Source: Desulfocapsa sulfexigens DSM 10523 (lineage in GTDB: Bacteria; Desulfobacterota; Desulfobulbia; Desulfobulbales; Desulfocapsaceae). From it: DNA of 32,000 nucleotides. Under the pieces are notes generated by a model that saw only the letters and a program-made list of their open reading frames with translations, was not told where the DNA came from and did no database searches. Below, piece by piece: positions 1-9,372 of this stretch; the first letter of the stretch is position 1, and every line of letters starts with the position of its first letter. A program made the position numbers and the translations under genes. The DNA lies in assembly GCF_000341395.1 (NCBI RefSeq), contig NC_020304.1, positions 180,001 to 212,000 on the forward strand, given 5' to 3'.

Positions 1-1
1 C

Positions 2-442
2 TCAGATGCGAAACACTTCACCCGGCCAAACCGGGAAACAATCGTCCGGGCAATCCACGACGCCATTTACGATGCCGAAATCAGTCCACAGGATATCGGC
101 AGCATCAACGCCCACGGCACATCCACTCCGACCGGCGATGCCACTGAGGTTGAGTGCATGCGTGAGGTGTTCGGTAAAGAAATCAGTAAAATTCCGGTTA
201 CAGCCAACAAATCACAGGTTGGACACAGTCTGGGGGCATCGGCTGCCATTGAGGCAGCACTTTCTATTGAAGCGATGAGCCAATCCATACTCCTGCCCAC
301 GGTCAATCATATTCCCGATCCGGCCTTTGCAGATATTGATGTCGTTCCGAGTCAAACCCGTAAGCACTCCTACGAACATATACTTTCCAACTCATTCGGC
401 TTTGGTGGAACCAATTGCTGTATAGTCTTTAAAGGAATCTGA
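2..442 (+). CDS. Beta-ketoacyl-ACP synthase (FabF-like), C-terminal part, truncated by window edge
   Basis: Frame 2 is open from the window edge. Motifs NAHGTSTPTGD, NKSQVGHSLGA and NSFGFGGTNC match ketosynthase active-site His residues and the C-terminal glycine-rich motif. Confidence 0.93.
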   Translation, partial: SDAKHFTRPNRETIVRAIHDAIYDAEISPQDIGSINAHGTSTPTGDATEVECMREVFGKEISKIPVTANKSQVGHSLGASAAIEAALSIEAMSQSILLPTVNHIPDPAFADIDVVPSQTRKHSYEHILSNSFGFGGTNCCIVFKGI

Positions 443-447
443 GTACC

Positions 448-930
448 ATGCGACCAAAGCCATTTATCCCCGAGCTTCTCCCTCAGCACCCCAATCATGT
501 AAAAGATAGGAACAGTGGTCTGATCTGGCACAAAAGCGAAATGCGTACCCTCTATGTGGATACTGACAGGTCCCAGGTTGTTTACCATGCCAACTATCTG
601 CGATATTTTGAATTTGGCCGGGCAGAACTTATGCGGGGGGCCAACTATCCCTACAAGAAGATCGAAGAAAGTGGCTACGTCTATCCCATCATCAAGACTG
701 AACTCAACTATTTCACCCCGCTCTTCTATGACGATCTCATGTATATCCACACCCGGCCTTCCAGCATCGAACTGGTTAAACTGCAGTTTGACTATCTGAT
801 CACCCGGGCGTCAGACGGTGAGATTATCTGTACCGGTTTCACCAAGCATTGCGCAATCAACAGTGACGGAATTCCGGTCAAGATCGATGAGAAAACAATC
901 AAACTCTGGGAAAGTTTTCCAACAGAATAA
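448..930 (+). CDS. Acyl-CoA/ACP thioesterase, 4-hydroxybenzoyl-CoA thioesterase (YbgC/FcbC) hotdog family
   Basis: 160 aa with VDTDRSQVVYHANYLRYFEFGRAELMR, the classic 4HBT active-site motif. It starts 6 nt after the ketosynthase stop. Confidence 0.88.
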   Translation: MRPKPFIPELLPQHPNHVKDRNSGLIWHKSEMRTLYVDTDRSQVVYHANYLRYFEFGRAELMRGANYPYKKIEESGYVYPIIKTELNYFTPLFYDDLMYIHTRPSSIELVKLQFDYLITRASDGEIICTGFTKHCAINSDGIPVKIDEKTIKLWESFPTE

Positions 931-1772
931 TGACAAGCCGTCAAGCTGTTCACATTCCCGTTCATCCCTGGTTCAAAGATCATCATTTTAATGGACAGAC
1001 AATTTTACCGGCGGTTGAGAGCATGCTTCTCCTTGCTGAAGTTGCTAAGAAAATACAACCTGACATTCAGATATGTACGATGACAGAGGCACATTTTTCC
1101 AAATTTCTGCCCATCCCCGCAAACGCAACGGAGTTATCAGTCCTGGTGGAGATTGATGCAGGTGAAGAGGTACTTCGCCTCAAGCTGCTCAGTAAAATGC
1201 AACTCAAAAAAATCAGCAGAATTAAAGAGCATGCCGAGCTATGCTTTCCTCTAAAAGAACCTACCATAGAGACTGTTACGCAAAACAGTGCAACGGACAG
1301 CCATATTGAAATAGGAGCCGATAGAATCTATAGAGAACTTGTTCCCTTCGGTCCAAGTTACCGCAGCCTTACAGGGACATTGCAGATATGCGGCAATACC
1401 GCCTGTGGTACCCTCCAGGCCCCAACACTTACACACCAGCATGTGATGGAAAAGGATATAGGATCTCCTTTTCCACTTGATGGTGCCATGCACGCCGCCT
1501 GCGTACTGGGACAATGCCTTGCAGATTTTGTCCCTTTCCCCGTCGGCTTTGCCACACGCTGCATTCACAGCCCAACACGGGCGGGTCAGCAGTACAGCAC
1601 CACAGTACTTGCCCGGTCAGTAACAAAAGATGAACTGCTCTTTGATTTATCTATTTTTGATACAAAGGGAAATATCTGCGAAACGATCAGAGGATTGCGG
1701 ATGCGCGATGTGAGCCGAGGGACAATCAGGTCTCCCCTGGATTTACCCAGGCAGAAAGTTTCTCAACCATAA
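930..1772 (+). CDS. Stand-alone polyketide-synthase-type dehydratase (double hotdog)
   Basis: N-terminal HPWFKDHHFNGQTILPAVE (catalytic His region) and C-terminal DGAMHAACVLGQ (catalytic Asp region). The start overlaps the thioesterase stop. Confidence 0.75.
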   Translation: MTSRQAVHIPVHPWFKDHHFNGQTILPAVESMLLLAEVAKKIQPDIQICTMTEAHFSKFLPIPANATELSVLVEIDAGEEVLRLKLLSKMQLKKISRIKEHAELCFPLKEPTIETVTQNSATDSHIEIGADRIYRELVPFGPSYRSLTGTLQICGNTACGTLQAPTLTHQHVMEKDIGSPFPLDGAMHAACVLGQCLADFVPFPVGFATRCIHSPTRAGQQYSTTVLARSVTKDELLFDLSIFDTKGNICETIRGLRMRDVSRGTIRSPLDLPRQKVSQP

Positions 1773-2088
1773 CCCGACTGAGCCAGCGAAAAAAGATTAT
1801 GGTATATTTTGCACCTGAAAAATACATCCCAAGCCCGAAGACAGGAAAAGACAGGCCATAGGCCAGCGGCCCACCAATAACTGCGAGTAGAGGTTCATTA
1901 AATTTTATGGCCAGTACTCCCAGAACGGCAACGGCTGGCCAGCCCAGGAGAGATCCTAGAATAATTAACAGAACACCAGTAATGACCTCCAGAGAAGGTT
2001 TTTCTTTAAATGGTGTAAGATCTGCCTGCTCCTCAATGGCAATCCGTACAAACTCGATATCGGCAATTTTTTGTATGAGCTTTTTCAT
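1726..2088 (-). CDS. Small membrane protein of unknown function
   Basis: 120 aa ORF with two hydrophobic segments. It overlaps the dehydratase 3' end convergently by 47 nt. Confidence 0.6.
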   Translation of the reverse strand: MKKLIQKIADIEFVRIAIEEQADLTPFKEKPSLEVITGVLLIILGSLLGWPAVAVLGVLAIKFNEPLLAVIGGPLAYGLSFPVFGLGMYFSGAKYTIIFFRWLSRVMVEKLSAWVNPGET

Positions 2089-2130
2089 GATTTTCCATAC
2101 TCACATCTTCCACAAGAGCATGACTCTGAT

Positions 2131-2847
2131 ATGACCACTCTATCTGATCCATGGTCTTTTTTCGATCAAATCTATTGTATCTCAATAGATACCCGGTATG
2201 ACCGAAGAACAGAAGCCAAAAATCACTTTTCCGAGGCGGGTCTCCTGGATCGGGTGGAATTTATTCTGGTCACAAAACATCCGAACAACCCGGAAAAAGG
2301 CATTTTTGAATCTCATATGAACTGCCTAAAAAAAGGCCTGGAGGCAGGAGCCAAAAATATACTGGTCTTTGAAGACGATGTCTTCTTTCAAAACTATCAT
2401 CCGGAAAAGCTCACTGATGCCGTACGTTTTTTAAAAAACAAGAAGAACTGGAACGGCTTTTTTCTTGGTGCAATCATCGGTAAAATAATGCAGACGGAGG
2501 TGCAATCCGTGGTAAAAATTCAGTATAGTTGCCTCGCCCATGCCTATGCACTTAACCGTTCCTTTGCAAGAGAATTTGTTCAGGAACCATGGAACAACCT
2601 CCCCTATGACAATCTGTTAAAAAAAAGGGGCAAAGAGTTTTATGCACTTTCGCCCATGATAGCATTCCAGGGCAGGGCCAGCAGTGACAACAAAACTGTT
2701 TTTCTGGATAGAATGCGCCGCGCTTTTGGCGGCCTGCCTTTTATTCAACGGGTCAGTGAATTCTACCAATATCATAAGCGTATCCTTGTCTACAGCCATG
2801 TTATTCTAGCATTTCTACTCCTCACCCTGCTTGGCATCCTTCTCTAG
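2131..2847 (+). CDS. Glycosyltransferase family 25 (LPS biosynthesis-type)
   Basis: FDQIYCISIDTRYDRRTEAKNHF at the N-terminus and a KNILVFEDDVFF (EDD) motif. The start is taken at the internal Met before TTLSDPW. Confidence 0.75.
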   Translation: MTTLSDPWSFFDQIYCISIDTRYDRRTEAKNHFSEAGLLDRVEFILVTKHPNNPEKGIFESHMNCLKKGLEAGAKNILVFEDDVFFQNYHPEKLTDAVRFLKNKKNWNGFFLGAIIGKIMQTEVQSVVKIQYSCLAHAYALNRSFAREFVQEPWNNLPYDNLLKKRGKEFYALSPMIAFQGRASSDNKTVFLDRMRRAFGGLPFIQRVSEFYQYHKRILVYSHVILAFLLLTLLGILL

Positions 2848-2991
2848 ACACCTGCCCGAATTGCTACAACTCTCTTAAAATCTCCTGATACTCTGAACAA
2901 AATATGTTTTTAAATACAGGGGAAACTGGTATAAAATAAATCGCTGGAGAGAGTAATATCATTAAGGTTTGAGTCTTTTCTCAGGGGCACC

Positions 2992-5064
2992 ATGCCAATC
3001 ACATTAAATAGTAAAAAAACAGACATTCTCCTCATGATACTCCTCGTCACTATTCTGTCTGTTTTTATTGTTTTCTGGGAAAGGCAGATTTTAGTCCAAG
3101 ATCGGAACAATCTAAAGGATAATGCCCAGGTTATTGCAAGTTCTTTATGGAATTTGGATTCCTCTGAGCCCAGAGCCTACCTCGAACTTGCAGCAAAACT
3201 CCAAAATCTTGAGCATATTGCCGTTTTTACTGCCTTCAACGAAGTCTTCGTAGAGATGAGCGGCCCAAAACCCGGTTTTATGGATATAGCCCTGGAATCC
3301 ACTGGCCTGATTCCAAAAATCAAGCTGGAAAGCAAAGTGTTATACCGGGGTAACGTGATCGGGCGAATTGAGGCGGTCCATCGCCATAGCACCATCTATC
3401 TCTACTTCAACATTTTCATTATGATGGGGCTCGTGCTTTTAGCCTCACGACTGTACCTGCGTGTTATGGAGGCTAGAAAGGCCCTTGAACTCAGAGTGGA
3501 AGAAAGGACGTCTGATCTGGTCTCGGCAAAAAAGGCTCTTGCAGAAGAAAAGGAGCAATTGTCAGTCACCCTGCGCAGTATCGGTGATGGGGTCATTACT
3601 ACAGACATAAACGGCACTATTGTTTTGATCAATAAGGTTGCCGAGGAATTCACCGGCTGGAGCCATGAAGAGGCTACCGGGAAACCATTGAGCGAGATTT
3701 TTCATATCATAAACGAAGAAACCAGAAAACAATGTGACAACCCGGCAGACAAAGTATTGAAAAGTGGGGGGAACATAACTCTTGCCAATCATACCGTTCT
3801 AATATCAAGGGATGGTTCAGAGCGCAGCATTGCTGACAGTGGGGCACCCATCAGAAATCAGCACAGTGAAATTATAGGTGTTGTTCTTGTCTTTCGCGAT
3901 GTAACCGAAAAATTAAAAAGTGAGCAGGAACTGGCAAATATCGAAAAACTTAAGTCTGTGGGCTTGCTGGCGGGTGGCATTGCTCACGATTTTAACAATA
4001 TTCTGGTTGCCATCCTTGGAAATATCAATCTGGCCCTGCAACACACAAAAATTGACAATGAGGCTCATTCCCTGTTGCAAAAGGCTGAAAAGGCCTCACT
4101 TCGGGCCAGAGATCTCACCCAGCAACTGCTGACCTTTGCAAAAGGCGGAGAGCCGGTCAAAGAGCTGTCATTAATTCAGGAAGTCATCGAGGAATCGTCA
4201 AGCTTTGTCTTACGGGGAAGTAATGTCCGCTGTGAGTACACATGGGATACGGATTTATATGCTGTTAACGTTGACCAGGGACAGATTTCACAAGTTATTC
4301 AGAATGTGGTCATTAACGCTAATCAAGCCATGCCTGAAGGGGGAATTATTCACGTTAGGGGTGTTAACGTCAGTCATGATGAGGCTTTGAACCTGGACCT
4401 GCCTCCTCAGGAGTATATCAAAATAACCATTGCTGATAACGGTCCCGGTATAAAAAAAGATCAACTGGATAAAATATTTGACCCCTATTTCACCACAAAA
4501 AAAACAGGGAGTGGATTAGGCCTTGCTGTCAGCCACTCTATCATCGTCAAGCATGAAGGACGTATGATAGCAGAATCTGAGCCGGACAAAGGAAGCACCT
4601 TTACAATCTACCTTCCGGCAGAGAAAATTCACATTCCACATCCAGTTCCTGCAACTCCAATAAAAGATCAAAAAAAGTTGAATGGTCATGGTCAAATCCG
4701 AATAATGATTATGGATGATGACGAGATGGTGCAATTAGTATCAAAAGATATGTTAAACCACCTCGGTTATGACGTAGTACTGGCCAATCATGGTGAGGAA
4801 GCCATCGCCCTTTTTGAAGAAAGTATGGAAAACAACGCCCCCATTGACCTGATCATTATGGATTTAACAATTCCAGGGGCTATGGGAGGACAGGAGGCGG
4901 TTGGAAAAATTCATGCTATCGATCCTCATGCTAAGGTCATCGTCTCCAGTGGCTATTCCAATGACCCTATCATGACTAACTATAAAGCGTATGGGTTTCT
5001 GGCCACTGTTACAAAACCCTTCCAGCTTCAGGATCTGAAGAATGTGGTGCGCCGCCTTCTATAG
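2992..5064 (+). CDS. Hybrid sensor histidine kinase (TM sensor, PAS, HisKA, HATPase, REC)
   Basis: DHp motif GGIAHDFNNILVAILGNINLA, HATPase NGPGI and GSGLGLAVSHSI, a PAS segment and a C-terminal receiver starting IMIMDDDEMVQL. Confidence 0.93.
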   Translation: MPITLNSKKTDILLMILLVTILSVFIVFWERQILVQDRNNLKDNAQVIASSLWNLDSSEPRAYLELAAKLQNLEHIAVFTAFNEVFVEMSGPKPGFMDIALESTGLIPKIKLESKVLYRGNVIGRIEAVHRHSTIYLYFNIFIMMGLVLLASRLYLRVMEARKALELRVEERTSDLVSAKKALAEEKEQLSVTLRSIGDGVITTDINGTIVLINKVAEEFTGWSHEEATGKPLSEIFHIINEETRKQCDNPADKVLKSGGNITLANHTVLISRDGSERSIADSGAPIRNQHSEIIGVVLVFRDVTEKLKSEQELANIEKLKSVGLLAGGIAHDFNNILVAILGNINLALQHTKIDNEAHSLLQKAEKASLRARDLTQQLLTFAKGGEPVKELSLIQEVIEESSSFVLRGSNVRCEYTWDTDLYAVNVDQGQISQVIQNVVINANQAMPEGGIIHVRGVNVSHDEALNLDLPPQEYIKITIADNGPGIKKDQLDKIFDPYFTTKKTGSGLGLAVSHSIIVKHEGRMIAESEPDKGSTFTIYLPAEKIHIPHPVPATPIKDQKKLNGHGQIRIMIMDDDEMVQLVSKDMLNHLGYDVVLANHGEEAIALFEESMENNAPIDLIIMDLTIPGAMGGQEAVGKIHAIDPHAKVIVSSGYSNDPIMTNYKAYGFLATVTKPFQLQDLKNVVRRLL

Positions 5065-5128
5065 GATATTGTTCGTTTTCATTTCAGGCAGTTCTGCCTA
5101 CTCTCTGCATTCCCGGGAAGAGTAACTG

Positions 5129-5851
5129 CTAAAACTTCACATCATCATGATGTTTGTTGTATTTCTCTGCCAGATCCATACGTTGCCGAGAAAAAAACGC
5201 ATAATATGGTATAGCTGGAACAGGGGCATCCAGGACATCTATGCTGTCTCCAAGACCTAATTTCTTAATTGACTCCATAATTCCTGTTCGCCCTGGATAA
5301 ATAAAACCATCAAGCTCTCCGTCAGCTAACTTTGACAGGGAAAAATTGACTAAATCCCTATCCTTGATCATGGCCAGACGTAACTGCGGAAATTCCTTTG
5401 CAATATTGTGAGCAAGTCTGTGCCCGTGTATAACCCCTATTTTCGCCAAAGGCTCCAGGTCAGCCCATGTTTCAATTTTTTGAATATTGACGTCCTTTCT
5501 CAGGCAAACAACGGGTTTTTTCAAGAAAATAGGTTTCGCTGGGAAGATCCCAATCATTTCCCGTTCTGTATTTTTTGATGCGACAGATATGGCATCTATA
5601 TTATGATTTTTTATATACATAATGAGTCTGGCCGGGGGAATTGGTCCAATCCATTTTATGGAGACACCCATCCGTTTAGCTATTTTTTGCCAATATTCAA
5701 CCAATGCTCCGGTCGGCTTCCCAGAATCCTCATTCATTTCTATCAAGCCACTCAACTGACTAAACCCCACTTTCATCTCTTCTGCCAACAGGGGTGATTG
5801 GAACAGAACAAGACAAAGCAGTGAGAAGAAAAAAGTGTGTATTTTTTTCAT
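5129..5851 (-). CDS. Periplasmic substrate-binding protein (SBP_bac_3-like, amino-acid ABC type)
   Basis: Signal peptide MKKIHTFFFSLLCLVLFQSPLLAEE, then KVGFSQLSGLIEMNEDSGKPTGALVEYWQKIAKRMG. Confidence 0.75.
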   Translation of the reverse strand: MKKIHTFFFSLLCLVLFQSPLLAEEMKVGFSQLSGLIEMNEDSGKPTGALVEYWQKIAKRMGVSIKWIGPIPPARLIMYIKNHNIDAISVASKNTEREMIGIFPAKPIFLKKPVVCLRKDVNIQKIETWADLEPLAKIGVIHGHRLAHNIAKEFPQLRLAMIKDRDLVNFSLSKLADGELDGFIYPGRTGIMESIKKLGLGDSIDVLDAPVPAIPYYAFFSRQRMDLAEKYNKHHDDVKF

Positions 5852-6326
5852 AGTAAGAACCAGTACTGTTTTATAAACTCAGAAACTTGAGTTGTTAATG
5901 AATAGCCTCTATTTGATACTTTCTGACACCCCATATTTTCCCTGGCAAAGGGAAACAAATTCCAATACGTTGCAATGCTTTCTCGTTCATTTAATCACAA
6001 ATCAACTGTTATTGACAGAAATTCTCCAGGAAATTAAGCAGTAGATACTCATCACAGGACAAGACAAAATCCAGGTAACCTGACTCTGCTTTACCCTTTT
6101 TTAATACCTATCACCGATAACGAAAGCAGCATCACTTCCATAATTTCTATTGATTTTTTTTACTACAACGTAGGAAAGTGCAAAAATTCCTCGTCAAAAT
6201 TTCACTGTTCATGGTAGCTTGAAGCATTTAAATTTACAGGAAACTTCAATATAATAGAGTAATAATATTTACAGATAACCCCTCCTCTCAAAGCACACTC
6301 CGGAATACCGGATACAACAGGTAAAA

Positions 6327-9300
6327 TTGTTTAACTATCGTCTCCTCACAGTTGTTTTCATTATGATATTCGGTGTTACCGTGACAGCCTTCCTGCGTCT
6401 GGATATCGATACGGATATCGTACGCTCTCTGCCATCCGGGCAAACGGTTATCAGCGATGCTCTGGAGATTTTCACCAGTCATCCCATTCATGACCAGATT
6501 GCCATTGATATCAGTGTAGAAAGCGACAACAGAGATATCCTTGTTGACTGTGGCAAATACATAGAGGAGGGGCTCCGATCAAGCAATCTCTTTGCTGAAG
6601 TGGGAACCGACGCAATCACGACTCTTATTCCTGAGCTTGCCCTCCATGTAGCTGGCAATCTGCCCATCCTCTTTTCTTCACAGGAACTGGAGCAAATGAT
6701 AGCTCCCCGACTTGAAAAAAGATTTATTGGACAACGCTTTGAAGATATCCTCCTCAAACTGAGTAGTCTTGAAGGTATAGGACAGAGTCAGTTATTACAA
6801 TCCGATCCTCTGGGCTTTATGGAACCGATAATGGCGAAGATGGCAATGCTCACGCCACTCCCAGGTACCTCGATATACAAGGGCTTTGTATTTTCCCCGG
6901 ACAGGCGTCATCTTCTGGTAACAGCACGTCCGGGCAGTGCCGGGAGTAACACGGCCTCGGCCAGACAGATTGCAGAGCTTCTGGATGATCTCAGCACAGG
7001 GCTGACTAATAAATACAGTTCCAGTGGTATTACACCAATCCTCACTCCCGTAGGAGCATACCGGGCAGCGCTGGACAACGAATCTATCATCCGCCATGAT
7101 GTGAACCTGGCCCTGGCTCTCTCGATGGCGGGTATCGGACTGTTGCTCTTTGTTGCCTTTCCCCGTCCCCTGCTGGGCCTTTTCTCCCTGCTGCCAGCCC
7201 TTGCCGGAACAGCGTCAGCCCTGTGTATTTTTTCATTGTTTCATCAATCAATCTCCATCATGGTACTCGGTTTTGGAGGGGCTATTATTTCCATCACCGT
7301 GGATCATGGTATTGCCTATCTGCTCTTTCTTGACCGTCCTCAAGAAACAAAAGGAAAAGAGGCATCGAGCGAAGTTCGGGCAATCGGGATACTGGCGGTT
7401 CTCACCACATGTGGAGCTTTTCTCACCCTCAGTTTCAGCGGCTTTCCAATCTTCGTCCAGCTTGGGCAATTCACGGCCATGGGGGTACTCCTCTCCTTTC
7501 TTTTCGTCCATTTTATCTTCCCCCGCATAACCCCTTCCATGGCTGCAGCCAGCAGACAGAATCTTCCTCTACGGCGATTTGTCGATACGCTGTACAGCAC
7601 TGGACGCCCCGGAGCAATTGCTGCAACCCTTCTCGCGGCCTCACTACTCTTTTTTGCACGCCCCGACTTCAATGTAAGCCTTGAAAGCATGAACACCGTA
7701 AGCAGCGAAACCCGTGCGGCAGACAGTCTTTTCTCCATGGTATGGGGGGATATGGGCACAAAAGTTGTACTTATGACCAGAGGAGAGGCCGCAGAAATCC
7801 AACGGAAAAACGATAGAATTCTAATGCAGATTGAGTCGAACATGGCATCTGGAACAATCAGCTCCGCCTTTGTCCCATCCATGATCTTTCCAGGGCCGGA
7901 ACTTGCCGCTCGTAATTTTGATGCCTGGAAGAAATTCTGGACGAAGGAGCGCCATGAAAATCTGCAGGAGAGTTTGAGCTCAAATGGCAAGTCTCTTGGC
8001 TTTGCAGAGGATGCTTTTGCTCACTTTCTCCGCCTTACTGGGAATCCGCAAAAAATTTCCAGCACAGAGATTCCTCAAAAATTTTACAAGCTCCTGGGGC
8101 TCTCAAAGAAGGATAGCCAGCTGACCCAGTTTATTACCATCACTCCCGGGACAAACTATAACAGTGACGATTTTTACAGCCTCTATGGCCGGGAAGGTAA
8201 ACTCTTTGACGGTCCCTACTTCTCTGAACAACTGGCAAAAATTCTCTTTCACAGCTTTACCACAATGCTTGCAATCATAGCCATCAGCATTGTGGTTCTA
8301 CTCCTCTTCTTCTTTGCCAGCTGGCAGCTGACACTTATCACGCTTATCCCTCCGCTTTTTTCCTATATCTGCACTCTCGGTACCATGAAACTGATCGGCC
8401 ATTCCCTCGACATTCCAGGGCTGATGCTTTCCATCGTTATTCTTGGCATGGGGATAGACTATTCAATTTTCTTTGTCCGGGCCCATCAGCGCTACCGCGT
8501 TCCAGATCATCCATCATTCAGTCTTGTGCGCATGGCCGTTTTTATGGCAGGTGCATCCACTGTGATCGGATTCGGGGTTCTCTGTCTCGCTGAACATTCA
8601 CTCCTTCGATCCATCGGGGTCACATCACTCCTGGGCATCGGCTACTCACTCCTTGGTGCATTCCTCCTGCTGCCACCTCTCCTTCAATTCTATTTTTCAA
8701 AGCAGAAAGGAAGCAGTCCTCCCGAGCTGTCTCTTAGTAAACGGGTACGAAACAGATACCGCCTGATGGAGGCTTATCCTCGGATGTTTGCCCGCTTCAA
8801 GCTGCAGTCAGACCCGATGTTTACAGACCTGCCGCAACTCCTTGCAGCTGATCGTGACAGCGTAAAAACCATTCTTGATATAGGCTGTGGATACGGTGTT
8901 CCCGGCTGCTGGTGTCTGGAATATTTCCCGGAGTCCAGAGTTTTCGGTCTTGATCCTGATGGTGAACGGGTCCGGGTGGCGGCACTCGCCATGGGAGAGC
9001 AGGGAGAGATTTTAGAGGATATGGCACCGGATCTGCCCATCGTACCCAACCCGCCGGATCTGATTCTGCTGCTTGACATGCTTCACTATCTTGACGATAA
9101 AAGCATACTGATACTTTTTCAAAAATGTTTCCAAATGCTTAATGACCAGGGCCTGCTCGTAACACGCTTTGTCATCAGACCGAATGGTGTCCCATCATGG
9201 TCATGGAAGCTCGAAGACCGTCGCGTCCGTTTTTCTGGAGGAGAGGCACATTACCGTACAGCACAGAGGATGGCTCATCTTCTGGAAAAAACAGGATTCA

Positions 9301-9371
9301 GGATAGAAACAAAAAAAACAACAGAAACAAATGCAGAACTCATCTGGCTCATTGGCCGTACCCATAAATAA
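6327..9371 (+). CDS. MMPL/RND-family lipid exporter fused to a C-terminal SAM-dependent methyltransferase domain
   Basis: 1014 aa, TTG start. Two exporter halves (ITVDHGIAYLLFL; ILGMGIDYSIFFVRAHQ), then a class I methyltransferase with TILDIGCGYGVPG, VFGLDPDGERV and DLILLLDMLHYL. Confidence 0.88.
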   Translation: MFNYRLLTVVFIMIFGVTVTAFLRLDIDTDIVRSLPSGQTVISDALEIFTSHPIHDQIAIDISVESDNRDILVDCGKYIEEGLRSSNLFAEVGTDAITTLIPELALHVAGNLPILFSSQELEQMIAPRLEKRFIGQRFEDILLKLSSLEGIGQSQLLQSDPLGFMEPIMAKMAMLTPLPGTSIYKGFVFSPDRRHLLVTARPGSAGSNTASARQIAELLDDLSTGLTNKYSSSGITPILTPVGAYRAALDNESIIRHDVNLALALSMAGIGLLLFVAFPRPLLGLFSLLPALAGTASALCIFSLFHQSISIMVLGFGGAIISITVDHGIAYLLFLDRPQETKGKEASSEVRAIGILAVLTTCGAFLTLSFSGFPIFVQLGQFTAMGVLLSFLFVHFIFPRITPSMAAASRQNLPLRRFVDTLYSTGRPGAIAATLLAASLLFFARPDFNVSLESMNTVSSETRAADSLFSMVWGDMGTKVVLMTRGEAAEIQRKNDRILMQIESNMASGTISSAFVPSMIFPGPELAARNFDAWKKFWTKERHENLQESLSSNGKSLGFAEDAFAHFLRLTGNPQKISSTEIPQKFYKLLGLSKKDSQLTQFITITPGTNYNSDDFYSLYGREGKLFDGPYFSEQLAKILFHSFTTMLAIIAISIVVLLLFFFASWQLTLITLIPPLFSYICTLGTMKLIGHSLDIPGLMLSIVILGMGIDYSIFFVRAHQRYRVPDHPSFSLVRMAVFMAGASTVIGFGVLCLAEHSLLRSIGVTSLLGIGYSLLGAFLLLPPLLQFYFSKQKGSSPPELSLSKRVRNRYRLMEAYPRMFARFKLQSDPMFTDLPQLLAADRDSVKTILDIGCGYGVPGCWCLEYFPESRVFGLDPDGERVRVAALAMGEQGEILEDMAPDLPIVPNPPDLILLLDMLHYLDDKSILILFQKCFQMLNDQGLLVTRFVIRPNGVPSWSWKLEDRRVRFSGGEAHYRTAQRMAHLLEKTGFRIETKKTTETNAELIWLIGRTHK

Positions 9372-9372
9372 A

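Noticed and set aside
5852-6326. 475-nt AT-rich intergenic region considered for an ncRNA or regulatory element
   Set aside because: I saw no convincing long stem, repeat array or conserved motif by eye. A covariance-model or RNA-seq search would be needed.
6488-7990. Minus-strand ORFs (6488-6757, 6795-7097, 6908-7090, 7248-7511, 7340-7990), including a 216-aa frame
   Set aside because: All are antisense to the well-supported MMPL exporter frame and have low-complexity, Ser/Arg-rich translations with no recognisable motifs.
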